From IMG/VR virus record IMGVR_UViG_3300032116_000062, positions 38,381 to 102,380 of that record: DNA of 64,000 bases, one strand, 5' to 3'. The translations under genes were made by a program, and so were the position numbers. The notes below the pieces were generated by a model. The model was not told where the DNA came from and did not search any database. It worked only from the letters and a program-made list of their open reading frames with translations. This document shows, piece after piece, positions 39,895 through 48,812 of the stretch. Each line of letters opens with the position of its first letter. Positions within the stretch are counted from its first letter, which is position 1. Source of the DNA: a virus.

Positions 39895-40160
39895 TGGAAG
39901 AAGTAAAAGAAAATTTTATATCTAAAAACTGGCAAATAATAGTTGGGGTGCTGACGGTAGCATTCGCAGCCGGTGGTATTTTTAGCGAATTCAGATTGAT
40001 GCACAAAGAGATAGATGAAATAAAAAAAGAAACGGATTCCAAAGTTCATCAGATTATAGAAGAAAGAGAAAGAAAAAACAATTGGTTGCAAGAACAAGAA
40101 GAAAGGATTGATGAACTTGAGGAATGGAAAGCCTTTGAAGATGGAAAAGCAAGCAAATAA
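39894..40160 (+). CDS. Single-TM coiled-coil membrane protein
   Basis: WQIIVGVLTVAFAAGGIF followed by charged coiled coil. Confidence 0.65.
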   Translation: MEEVKENFISKNWQIIVGVLTVAFAAGGIFSEFRLMHKEIDEIKKETDSKVHQIIEERERKNNWLQEQEERIDELEEWKAFEDGKASK

Positions 40161-40410
40161 TTTTACAGATACATTTTTCAGTAAGTTAAAAGAACAATCT
40201 TTTACAATCATTGTATTGGTAGGAATAATGGTTTATCAGAATCATATATTTTCTGGTCAAATGGAAGAGTATAAAAAAATGATAAATCAAAAAGAAGAAC
40301 TAATTTTAAAACTCACCGATGAGGAACGTAGTAGGTTAATAGAGAGAGAAAAATATTTAATTGAACAGAGAGATAAGTTTATAGAAGATTTAATTGAAAG
40401 AAATAATTAA
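40141..40410 (+). CDS. Single-TM coiled-coil membrane protein
   Basis: FTIIVLVGIMVY followed by coiled coil; likely start 40141. Confidence 0.6.
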   Translation: MEKQANNFTDTFFSKLKEQSFTIIVLVGIMVYQNHIFSGQMEEYKKMINQKEELILKLTDEERSRLIEREKYLIEQRDKFIEDLIERNN

Positions 40411-40453
40411 TTTTCTTTAGTTTTCTAAAAAATTTTTATATATATTATCAAAT

Positions 40454-40590
40454 ATCCCATTCCCTATGGGATTTATACGTTTAGACATAGTTGATTAATG
40501 AATACCCTTCTCTTATAAGGTGTGACCGAACAATCAACATAATTACATTGGAGTTTCCTACGAAATAACTTCACTAACAAAATTAAGGAG
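40454..40590 (+). promoter_or_regulatory. Structured 5' leader of scaffold-capsid operon with AAGGAG
   Basis: Stems ATCCCAT/ATGGGAT, GTTGATT/AATCAAC, TGGAGTT/AACTTCA; SD-like AAGGAG at 40585-40590. Confidence 0.45.
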
Positions 40591-40597
40591 AAACAAA

Positions 40598-41806
40598 ATG
40601 GCAAATTCAAAATTGTTAAAAGAAGCAATTGCCGACGCTAAAGCCGTAAAAGAAACTGCATTAGCTAACGCAAAACTCGCTCTTGAAGAAGCATTCACTC
40701 CAAGACTTCAATCTATCTTATCTCAAAAATTGAGAGCAGAAGCTGAAGATAACAAAGAGGATGCAGAAAAAGTAGACGAGGAATTGGATTCTTCAAACAT
40801 TGGTTCTTCTACTTCTAATCCTAAATTAGACGCACACACCGAATTTGAGGGTGGCTCTACTGAAACATCTTCCGCTGCACCAGGTGCAGAAGTTGATGAT
40901 TACAAAAAGGTAGCTGACATCAACGAAGAAGAAGGTATGGAAATGGGCGATGATGAAAAATCGAAAGATGATGAAATCGCTGAATTAAGAGCTAGATTAG
41001 CAGAATTAGAAGCAGGAGATGAAATGGGTGGAGATGAAGATGAAATGGGTTCAGATGATGAATTCAATTTCGATTCAGAAGAAGGTGATGGTGAAGATTA
41101 CATGCCAACCGGTGACGAAACAGAGGACACCGAAGAAGATGACATGGATTTGGAAGCTATCATCAGAGAGTTAGAAGCACAATTAGGTGAAGAAGAAGGT
41201 TCAGAAGAAGAGATGCCTGCAGATGATTCAGCAATGGCTGAAAATTTAGCAGACGGATCAGAAGCAGGAACTGACAAAGGTGAAGATCCTAAAGTGGTTG
41301 TAACTAACGAAGAAGAAGAAATGAAAGATGACGAAGAGAAAAACGAAGTTATCGATCTTGAAGAAATTCTTCGTGAAATGGAAGCGGACATGAAAAAAGG
41401 TGATGAAGATGAGAAAAAAGATGAGTCTTTGAAAGCGGAGTTGAACGAAGCTTACAATACTATCAAATCTCTTCAAAAAACTATCAACGAGGTGAACTTA
41501 TTGAACGCTAAGTTGTTGTTCGCAAACAAATTATTCAGAGCGCATAATATGACCAACGAACAGAAGGTTAAAGTTATCGAAACTTTGGATAGAACAAAAT
41601 CAGTTAGAGAAGTTAAGTTGGTTTACTCTACATTAGCAGAGAATTTCAAATACGCTACATCTAACAAATCTACTAAAAAAGCAATTTCTGAAGGAATCGC
41701 ATCTAAAGCAGTTAAATCAACTGCACCAAAAGCGGCTAAACAAGTAATTGCAGAATCTGCAGATTTTTCTGATAGATTTAAAAAGTTAGCAGGTATTATT
41801 AAGTAA
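40598..41806 (+). CDS. Prohead core scaffolding protein (gp22-equivalent)
   Basis: Very acidic coiled coil directly upstream of major capsid; EVNLLNAKLLF, C-terminal FKKLAGI. Confidence 0.85.
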   Translation: MANSKLLKEAIADAKAVKETALANAKLALEEAFTPRLQSILSQKLRAEAEDNKEDAEKVDEELDSSNIGSSTSNPKLDAHTEFEGGSTETSSAAPGAEVDDYKKVADINEEEGMEMGDDEKSKDDEIAELRARLAELEAGDEMGGDEDEMGSDDEFNFDSEEGDGEDYMPTGDETEDTEEDDMDLEAIIRELEAQLGEEEGSEEEMPADDSAMAENLADGSEAGTDKGEDPKVVVTNEEEEMKDDEEKNEVIDLEEILREMEADMKKGDEDEKKDESLKAELNEAYNTIKSLQKTINEVNLLNAKLLFANKLFRAHNMTNEQKVKVIETLDRTKSVREVKLVYSTLAENFKYATSNKSTKKAISEGIASKAVKSTAPKAAKQVIAESADFSDRFKKLAGIIK

Positions 41807-41833
41807 TAAACAAAATAATTAAAATTAATTAAA

Positions 41834-43441
41834 ATGGATTTAAAACAAATTATGCAAGGCAAAAACCCACAAAACGTGATGCTTGAGCAAACCAGAGGTT
41901 TGAAAGCAAAGTGGGAGAAGACTGGCTTACTTGAAGGAGTAGGTTCAGAAACTTCAAAGCATGGTATGGCAGTGATGCTTGAAAACCAAGCTAAACAATT
42001 ACTCGATGAAGCTACTAGAACTGGTACTTCAGCAGGTTCAGAAGAGTGGGCAGGTGTAGCTCTTCCATTGGTAAGAAGAATTTTTGGTTCAATCGCAGCT
42101 AAAGAATTCGTTTCTGTACAACCGATGAACTTACCTTCAGGTCTTATTTTCTACATGGACTTCAAATATGGTACTAATACTACATTAGGTAGACCAGCTT
42201 CTGGTTCTTCTATGTTCGGTAATGGTGGTACTTTTGGTAAAGACAATTTAGCACCTTCTGGAAACAAATTGGGTTCTACTCAAGCTACTGAAGGTGGTCT
42301 TTATGGTGCAGGTAGATTCGGATACACAATCAACGATACTACTGCAGCTGTAACAGCAACTGTAACTTCTGCTTCTTGGTCTGATGTAAACTTTGATAAT
42401 GCATTATCTGCATCAATTGCATCTGCTAACTCAAGAGTAATGAAAGTTAAAGTTGGATTACCTGCTGATGCTGATTGGCAAGGTGTAAGAGCATTTAAGA
42501 TTTCAGGTTCTGCAACTACAACATTGTTACCAGAGTATACTGTTGTTGATTCATACGGATCTGCATCTTTCGTTCTTTCTGGATCTGCAGTTACCGATAC
42601 AAACGTAGCTACACAGACATTGACTTATCATGTTCAACCAACTGATTACAACAGAGGTGATTTCGAAGATAGAGGTTCTGATCTTCCAATCCCAGAAATT
42701 GAATTGGAATTGAAATCTGAACCAATCGTTGCTAAAACTCGTAAGTTAAAGGCTATCTGGACTCCAGAATTGGCACAAGACTTGAACGCATACCATTCAG
42801 TAGATGCTGAAGCTGAATTAACTCAAATGCTTTCTGAATACATCTCTCTTGAGATTGATTTGGAAATCCTTGAGATGTTGCAGCAAAATGCATTCACAAC
42901 TGATTATTGGTCTGCTAGAGTTGGATATGATTGGAACGGTTCTGCATTTGCAATTGATGCAAACGCAGCAGCAGCTTCAGCGTACACAAAAAGCACTTGG
43001 TATCAAACTTTGGGTATCAAATTGCAGAAAGTTTCTAATAAGATTCACCAATTGACTATGAGAGGTGGTGCAAACTTCATCGTTTGTTCTCCAAACGTAG
43101 CAACTATTCTTGAATCTATGAACGGATTCTCTGCTAACCCAGGTAAAGATGCATTGCAGTTCGCAGCTGGTGTGACTAACATTGGTTCAATCTCTAACAG
43201 ATACGATGTTTATAAGAATCCTTATATGACTGAAAACGTAATCTTGTTAGGTTTCAAAGGTTCTAACTTCTTCGAAACAGGAGCAGTTTACGCACCTTAT
43301 GTACCATTGATTATGACTCCACTTGTTTATGACCCAACCAACTTCACTCCAAGAAGAGGTGTTATGACAAGATACGCTAAGAAGATTGTAAGACCAGAAT
43401 TCTACGGTAAGATCGTAGTTGAAGGTTTACACTCTCTCTAA
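41834..43441 (+). CDS. gp23: Major capsid protein (T4 gp23-like)
   Basis: LPLVRR, VSVQPMNLPSGLIF, AKTRKLKAIWTPELAQDL, YAPYVPL, GVMTRYA. Confidence 0.97.
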   Translation: MDLKQIMQGKNPQNVMLEQTRGLKAKWEKTGLLEGVGSETSKHGMAVMLENQAKQLLDEATRTGTSAGSEEWAGVALPLVRRIFGSIAAKEFVSVQPMNLPSGLIFYMDFKYGTNTTLGRPASGSSMFGNGGTFGKDNLAPSGNKLGSTQATEGGLYGAGRFGYTINDTTAAVTATVTSASWSDVNFDNALSASIASANSRVMKVKVGLPADADWQGVRAFKISGSATTTLLPEYTVVDSYGSASFVLSGSAVTDTNVATQTLTYHVQPTDYNRGDFEDRGSDLPIPEIELELKSEPIVAKTRKLKAIWTPELAQDLNAYHSVDAEAELTQMLSEYISLEIDLEILEMLQQNAFTTDYWSARVGYDWNGSAFAIDANAAAASAYTKSTWYQTLGIKLQKVSNKIHQLTMRGGANFIVCSPNVATILESMNGFSANPGKDALQFAAGVTNIGSISNRYDVYKNPYMTENVILLGFKGSNFFETGAVYAPYVPLIMTPLVYDPTNFTPRRGVMTRYAKKIVRPEFYGKIVVEGLHSL

Positions 43442-43460
43442 TCGTAAGAGTGATTAAATA

Positions 43461-43499
43461 AAGAAAAGGGGAAGTAGAAATACTTCCTCTTTTTTTTTT
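43461..43499 (+). terminator. Rho-independent terminator after capsid gene
   Basis: AAAAGGGGAAGTA-GAAA-TACTTCCTCTTTT followed by T run. Confidence 0.9.
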
Positions 43500-43509
43500 A
43501 AATTAATCC

Positions 43510-43517
43510 ATATTTAT
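43510..43517 (+). promoter_or_regulatory. Putative late promoter variant ATATTTAT
   Basis: Between terminator and ATG 43531. Confidence 0.5.
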
Positions 43518-43530
43518 CTTAAAGTACATT

Positions 43531-44565
43531 ATGCCAAATGCCGGTGATGTTATAGTATTTAGAGCATGGGATTTATACCAAACGACTGCAACGGATAGTT
43601 CGGATTTTCTTGTAAAAAAAGGTGATGGTGATTTGGGATATGTAGAATCTATACAGATAGCAAATACGGGATCCAATACATTTAATGGAAATCAAATAAT
43701 ATCCGGAAATTTAGATGTAACAGGTACTATAACAGGTACAATTACCGCAAATTATTTTACTACAGGTTCAATTCTAATGACCGGCAGTATATCTACTGTC
43801 AATTATATTGATTTTGTAGTAAACCCTACACCTGACCCTGCACATTCGGAAGGTAGAATACATTGGAATTCTGATACAAAAACTTTACAAGTAGATTCGG
43901 ATACCAATAACTTTATGATTGAAGTGGGGCATATGAATGTTGTTCGTGGTAGAAACCCAAATGGTACTACTTTAACAAAGGGAAGTGTTGTGTATATGAG
44001 TGGTGAAAGTGGAAACCGACCTAATTTTTATACCGCAAGTTGGGAAGATGATAGAAGGAGTGCATCCACATTGGGATTGGTAGCTCAAGACATAGGTGGA
44101 AATCAGACCGGGTACGTTGTAACAAATGGAATACTACGTGGAATAAATACTACAGAATATAGTCCCGGAGATGCATTATACCTATCATCATCGGGTAATT
44201 TTACAAAATTTGTACCTGATGCACCTCAACACGAAGTTAGATTGGGTAAAGTAATTACATCTGCTGTATCTGGTATGATATATGTAAATATAATGAACGG
44301 ATATGAATTAAATGAATTACACGATTTAAAAATAGAAACGGGTTCATTAAAAGATGCTGCAACAAATAATGGTGGTAGTTTACTATATTATAGTAGTTCA
44401 CTTTGGGCAAATAATGATAATGTAAGATTAGCACAATCTACAATGATATTAGCATCTGTTTCACAATCTCTCAATTTCCCCAACGATGCAGCTGCACAAG
44501 CAGGTGGTGTACCAGCTGGTGGATTGTACCACACAGATGGAACTATTAAAATTAGATTAGTCTAA
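43531..44565 (+). CDS. Virion structural protein (head decoration or fibre-like)
   Basis: TGSNTFNGNQIISG fibre motif; GYVVTNG...GDALYLSSSG decoration-like domain. Confidence 0.6.
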   Translation: MPNAGDVIVFRAWDLYQTTATDSSDFLVKKGDGDLGYVESIQIANTGSNTFNGNQIISGNLDVTGTITGTITANYFTTGSILMTGSISTVNYIDFVVNPTPDPAHSEGRIHWNSDTKTLQVDSDTNNFMIEVGHMNVVRGRNPNGTTLTKGSVVYMSGESGNRPNFYTASWEDDRRSASTLGLVAQDIGGNQTGYVVTNGILRGINTTEYSPGDALYLSSSGNFTKFVPDAPQHEVRLGKVITSAVSGMIYVNIMNGYELNELHDLKIETGSLKDAATNNGGSLLYYSSSLWANNDNVRLAQSTMILASVSQSLNFPNDAAAQAGGVPAGGLYHTDGTIKIRLV

Positions 44566-44597
44566 TTAAAAAATTTTACCCCTATTTTTTATTCTTA

Positions 44598-44605
44598 TAT
44601 TTATA
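44598..44605 (+). promoter_or_regulatory. Putative late promoter TATTTATA
   Basis: Intergenic, upstream of ATG 44634. Confidence 0.55.
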
Positions 44606-44633
44606 GTAGTATAACTCTATAAACTTATAAATA

Positions 44634-45842
44634 ATGTCTGTAAACACATATTGGTCAGGCTCAACATTAAATGCGTTTTTATTAGCATCGGCATCTGCAG
44701 AAGCAACTCCATTTGGAATATATGATAATGATGCTGATTTCAAAACCGATGCACCTAAAACAGCTGTTTGGGTTGCAAAAAGACTGGGATACCCAATCGT
44801 TAATATTGAATTGGATAATCCTCAAATTTGGGCATGCTTTGAAGAAGCGGTATCAGAATACTCTGCACAGGTTAATCAATTCAATCTCCGCAATAACCTT
44901 GATATTTTAAAGGGACAACCAAAAGGTAAAGTTGCAAGTTTTTCACAAACACTTGTAGATGGTTCCTATCTACCGACAACGATTCGTATGTCTCAACAAT
45001 ATGGAACTTTGGCCGGTGTAGGTGGAAATACCACTATAAAAAGAGGGTATATCAATGTGACAGAATCCGTACAAAAATACGATTTAATGACAAATGCAGT
45101 TGATGTAGAAACATCACAATCGTTTGTAACCACATATACAGGAAGTGCAACAATTGATGTTGTAAAAGTTTTTTATGAAGCAGTTCCTGCGATAACAAGA
45201 TTTTTTGATCCATATTCAGTCGGTGCACAGGGAACACTAAATTTAATGTCTGAATTGGGATTTGGTAACTACTCACCTGCTGCACAGTTTTTGATGATGC
45301 CAATTTATGAGGACGTATTAAGAATGCAGCATATTGAATTCAATGACCAAATAAGAAAATCAGCATTTAGTTTCAATATAGTAGATAATAAATTAGAAAT
45401 ATTTCCAGTACCAAGTTCAAAATCGCCTAAAAAAATATATTTTGATTATATTAGTAGAGATGAATTTGAACATGATTCACAGATAATTCAGCCGGAATCC
45501 CTTTCAGATTACTCCGATATACCATATGATTTTATTCAATATTCAAATATAAATGATGTCGGAAAGCAATGGATAAGAAAATATACATTAGCACTTACAA
45601 AGGAATTATTAGGCGCAATCAGAGAAAAATACAACTCAATACCAATTCCAGATGGTGAGGTTAGTTTAGATGGTGCAGCGTTACGTTCTGAAGCACAAGT
45701 TGAAAAGGATGCATTGATAACGCAGTTAAGAGAAAATTTGGAAGAATTGAGTAGAATTAAAGTGATGGAAAATAAAGCACATGAGGCGGATCACCAACAG
45801 CAAATGTTACAAAAAGTACCATTAAAAATATATGTAGGATAA
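44634..45842 (+). CDS. gp13: Neck/head-tail adaptor (T4 gp13-like)
   Basis: RLGYPIVNIEL, WIRKYTLALTKELLGAIREKY, IPDGEVSLDG. Confidence 0.8.
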   Translation: MSVNTYWSGSTLNAFLLASASAEATPFGIYDNDADFKTDAPKTAVWVAKRLGYPIVNIELDNPQIWACFEEAVSEYSAQVNQFNLRNNLDILKGQPKGKVASFSQTLVDGSYLPTTIRMSQQYGTLAGVGGNTTIKRGYINVTESVQKYDLMTNAVDVETSQSFVTTYTGSATIDVVKVFYEAVPAITRFFDPYSVGAQGTLNLMSELGFGNYSPAAQFLMMPIYEDVLRMQHIEFNDQIRKSAFSFNIVDNKLEIFPVPSSKSPKKIYFDYISRDEFEHDSQIIQPESLSDYSDIPYDFIQYSNINDVGKQWIRKYTLALTKELLGAIREKYNSIPIPDGEVSLDGAALRSEAQVEKDALITQLRENLEELSRIKVMENKAHEADHQQQMLQKVPLKIYVG

Positions 45843-45843
45843 T

Positions 45844-46311
45844 ATGCCAAAATTTATGTTAGATAGAGACTTGCAACTTTTTAGAAGTTTTGCAAGAGAA
45901 TTGGTAGATACTGTAATAGAAAATACTTGCGTTTTATTTAAAGTAAATTTAAGTGAAACAAAAGTAAACATATATGGCGAATCTACAAATAAAACGTGGC
46001 ATCCTGGAGTTGAATTATATGTTTTAATTGATAAAGAACCTGATACTGCAACTTATGAAGGATTTGGTCCGGATGAACAACAAAATATTACATTTAAATT
46101 TGATAGATTGTTATGTGAAGAAAGAAATGCATATCCTGAAATAGGGGATATTATTTATTTTGATAATTCTTATTATGAGATTGATAATACAAATGAAGTA
46201 CAATTTGTCGGAGGCCTACCAGGTGAAGCTAGTCAAAGAAATTGGAGTATTGTATGTTCTACATTTATGGTAAATAAAGCAACACTCAATATTGAAGAAC
46301 GAATTAATTAA
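45844..46311 (+). CDS. Head closure/neck protein (gp14-like)
   Basis: NIYGES, PEIGDIIYF, YYEID; follows gp13-like gene. Confidence 0.65.
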   Translation: MPKFMLDRDLQLFRSFARELVDTVIENTCVLFKVNLSETKVNIYGESTNKTWHPGVELYVLIDKEPDTATYEGFGPDEQQNITFKFDRLLCEERNAYPEIGDIIYFDNSYYEIDNTNEVQFVGGLPGEASQRNWSIVCSTFMVNKATLNIEERIN

Positions 46312-46316
46312 AATAT

Positions 46317-47435
46317 ATGTCTACAAATCCATTAAGAAATAATGAGAGAATAAATCAAGCAAAGACAAGCAAACAAGATTTAAAACAAAGTGTAACTCTA
46401 TTTGATATAGATTACGCAATGATGACTTATTTGGAAGATACACTTTTACCAAATTTAGATGAGAATGGTAAAATGTTAAAGATACCTGTTATATATGGTA
46501 ATTCTGAAAGATGGAATGGTGCAAGGAGACAGGGAGTATATAGAGATGCAAAAGGAAAAATTCAGTTACCATTGATGATGATTAGAAGAACAAACATTGC
46601 AAAAAACGAATCAATGGCAATGTTAAATAGACACGTTTCATATCCAACCATTAGAAAATACTCAAAAGAAAATAGATATGATAGATTTAGTTTGTTTGGA
46701 TTAGGTACAAAACCAAAATATGAATTGTTCAATGTTACAATGCCAGATTATGTTGAGATAAACTATGATTGTATGGTTTGGACAAATTATACCGAACATT
46801 TAAATACTGTTATTGAACAATTACAATTTGCAGGATCTTATTGGGGAGATAAAGATAAATTTAAATTTAATACATCGGTTGGTGATTTTAACGTTGTAAA
46901 TGAAGTTGGGGAAGGAACGGAAAGAATTAACAGAGTTGAATTTTCTTTAAATGTAAAGGCGTATTTATTGCCTGAAAAATTTGATGGAGAAAATACTACA
47001 AAAAAATCAGTAGCTGTAAAAAGATTTATAGTATCAACTGAAACTGATATGACTGCAAACGGAAGAATGGAAGGATTGTTAACAACACCATCTCCATATT
47101 ATGATAATAAAGATTTGGTAGATTTTTTATCTTTAAATAATAGTAAAGTACAAACGCCGATTACAAACAATACCATAACTTTTACGGGAATAAAACCTAT
47201 AAAAACACCACCATTACTGACATCTGCGGTATCAGGAACAATAACAATAAGTGGTGAACCATATGATATAAAAGTTTATATAAATGGTGTTAGATATTAC
47301 TATGGTACACATTTTGGTGTTTCCTATGTGATAGCAACTGGAAATTTCACTATTAATTTTTTACCATTGATTATTGGATTTGATGTTGATTCTGAAGATG
47401 AAATAACTATAACAGGAAAATTCATAGAAATATAA
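46317..47435 (+). CDS. Tail terminator/sheath stabiliser (gp15-like) with C-terminal extension
   Basis: IPVIYGNSERW, QLPLMMIRR, PDYVEINY, VKAYL; position in neck cluster. Confidence 0.65.
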   Translation: MSTNPLRNNERINQAKTSKQDLKQSVTLFDIDYAMMTYLEDTLLPNLDENGKMLKIPVIYGNSERWNGARRQGVYRDAKGKIQLPLMMIRRTNIAKNESMAMLNRHVSYPTIRKYSKENRYDRFSLFGLGTKPKYELFNVTMPDYVEINYDCMVWTNYTEHLNTVIEQLQFAGSYWGDKDKFKFNTSVGDFNVVNEVGEGTERINRVEFSLNVKAYLLPEKFDGENTTKKSVAVKRFIVSTETDMTANGRMEGLLTTPSPYYDNKDLVDFLSLNNSKVQTPITNNTITFTGIKPIKTPPLLTSAVSGTITISGEPYDIKVYINGVRYYYGTHFGVSYVIATGNFTINFLPLIIGFDVDSEDEITITGKFIEI

Positions 47436-47764
47436 TGAAAAGAACTTTACTTGATATAACTCAAAAAATATCTAGAAAGGTTGTTGGTGTTGTATTGACT
47501 CCATTTAATCTACAAGACCCAAACTATTGGATATTTGAAGCAAAAAATTATAGATTCAACGAAATATTGCGAGAAGTCGAATATAGAAAAACGCAAGATC
47601 GGATTTCTATTCACATAAACACACAAAATGTTTCTAATAGAGATTTTTTGGTTGAAGAAGGAAAGAGTGGAATATTAGTAAAATTTATAAAAGCCAATTT
47701 CCAATATGAGTTAGACGAATCTGATGAGATTTATTTAAAAGGAGATATACAAAAATATGCTTAA
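47435..47764 (+). CDS. Hypothetical virion protein
   Basis: Coupled ORF; C-terminus (LDESDEIYLKG) resembles the end of the 46317 protein. Confidence 0.65.
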   Translation: MKRTLLDITQKISRKVVGVVLTPFNLQDPNYWIFEAKNYRFNEILREVEYRKTQDRISIHINTQNVSNRDFLVEEGKSGILVKFIKANFQYELDESDEIYLKGDIQKYA

Positions 47765-48254
47765 CAAATTTAATTCAGCTGCAAAAAAGCTTAACAGAGC
47801 TTTACCAAAAATAAATCCAAAAAATTTAAATGATGATTTGTATTTAACAGGTAGTTTATTGAACATCGATATACCATCAACCCCATCATACGAATCAAAT
47901 GTAAAATCAAATCCAAACCCAACAAAGATAATAAATAATACAAATACTATTTATGAATTTCATAATGAAATTTTACAATTTAGTGCAAGAACTGCAAAAA
48001 AAGCAATTGATTCATATTCCGCTGATGGATTTGGTAAATTAATTATAAACAATGTGAAGTTAGATTATGGAACAGAAGGAGTTTCGCCGGATAATTTTGA
48101 GGTATTGGTAGGAGGACTTCATTTACCAGGAGATTATAGCGTATCTGAAAGTGGCAGTAGTGTTGTTGTAAGTTTAAACGATTTATACATAGATTTTAGT
48201 GGAGATGTTGATGTTAGTAATATTTATGTTATAGGTAAGTTTATAAACATATAA
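47757..48254 (+). CDS. Hypothetical virion protein
   Basis: Coupled ORF; ends YVIGKF, like ITGKF of the 46317 protein. Confidence 0.65.
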   Translation: MLNKFNSAAKKLNRALPKINPKNLNDDLYLTGSLLNIDIPSTPSYESNVKSNPNPTKIINNTNTIYEFHNEILQFSARTAKKAIDSYSADGFGKLIINNVKLDYGTEGVSPDNFEVLVGGLHLPGDYSVSESGSSVVVSLNDLYIDFSGDVDVSNIYVIGKFINI

Positions 48255-48260
48255 GATATC

Positions 48261-48743
48261 ATGGCAACACTAATACAACTAAAGCAAATAGAAAGTAGTT
48301 CCTTTATAATACAGGCGGTTCAATTTGCTGAAACATTTACACAATCCGTAACCAATGTAATAAATGATATTGGATTATTCTCGGCATCCGCACAATTAAC
48401 ATCCGCACTTGATTTACGATATGCATTGAGTGGAACCGTTGGTGGTGGTGGTGATTGGTCAACTATTACTGGTATACCTGAAGGAATAATATCATCATCT
48501 ACACAATTAGATGGAACTACATTGAGAAACATAACTATATCCACCACAGATGCAGATCATTACTCACTCATAGTTAGTGGAGCAATAGGTGTAGTGGATG
48601 CAACGGACTTATCAGGAAGCATAGATGGTGATGAAGATACAACCGTTCCTGCACAAATTTACTTAACAGGCCAACCACTTCCAGTAGACCCTGCAATTAG
48701 TGGAAGTTCCGAAGCAAATATTATTGATCAGGGTGAGTGGTAA
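48261..48743 (+). CDS. Short virion or fibre adaptor protein
   Basis: IQLKQI N-terminus, GIISSS, C-terminal IIDQGEW. Confidence 0.6.
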   Translation: MATLIQLKQIESSSFIIQAVQFAETFTQSVTNVINDIGLFSASAQLTSALDLRYALSGTVGGGGDWSTITGIPEGIISSSTQLDGTTLRNITISTTDADHYSLIVSGAIGVVDATDLSGSIDGDEDTTVPAQIYLTGQPLPVDPAISGSSEANIIDQGEW

Positions 48744-48757
48744 TGAAAAAAAAATGA

Positions 48758-48765
48758 TATTTATA
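48758..48765 (+). promoter_or_regulatory. Putative late promoter TATTTATA
   Basis: Intergenic, upstream of ATG 48813. Confidence 0.55.
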
Positions 48766-48812
48766 TACTGAATAACCTTATCAATACATTTTTTAACGGA
48801 GAATAACTAAAT

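Noticed and set aside
31019-43441. Introns or inteins in terminase, portal or capsid genes
   Set aside because: ORFs are continuous, of ordinary size, with no splicing or homing-endonuclease motifs
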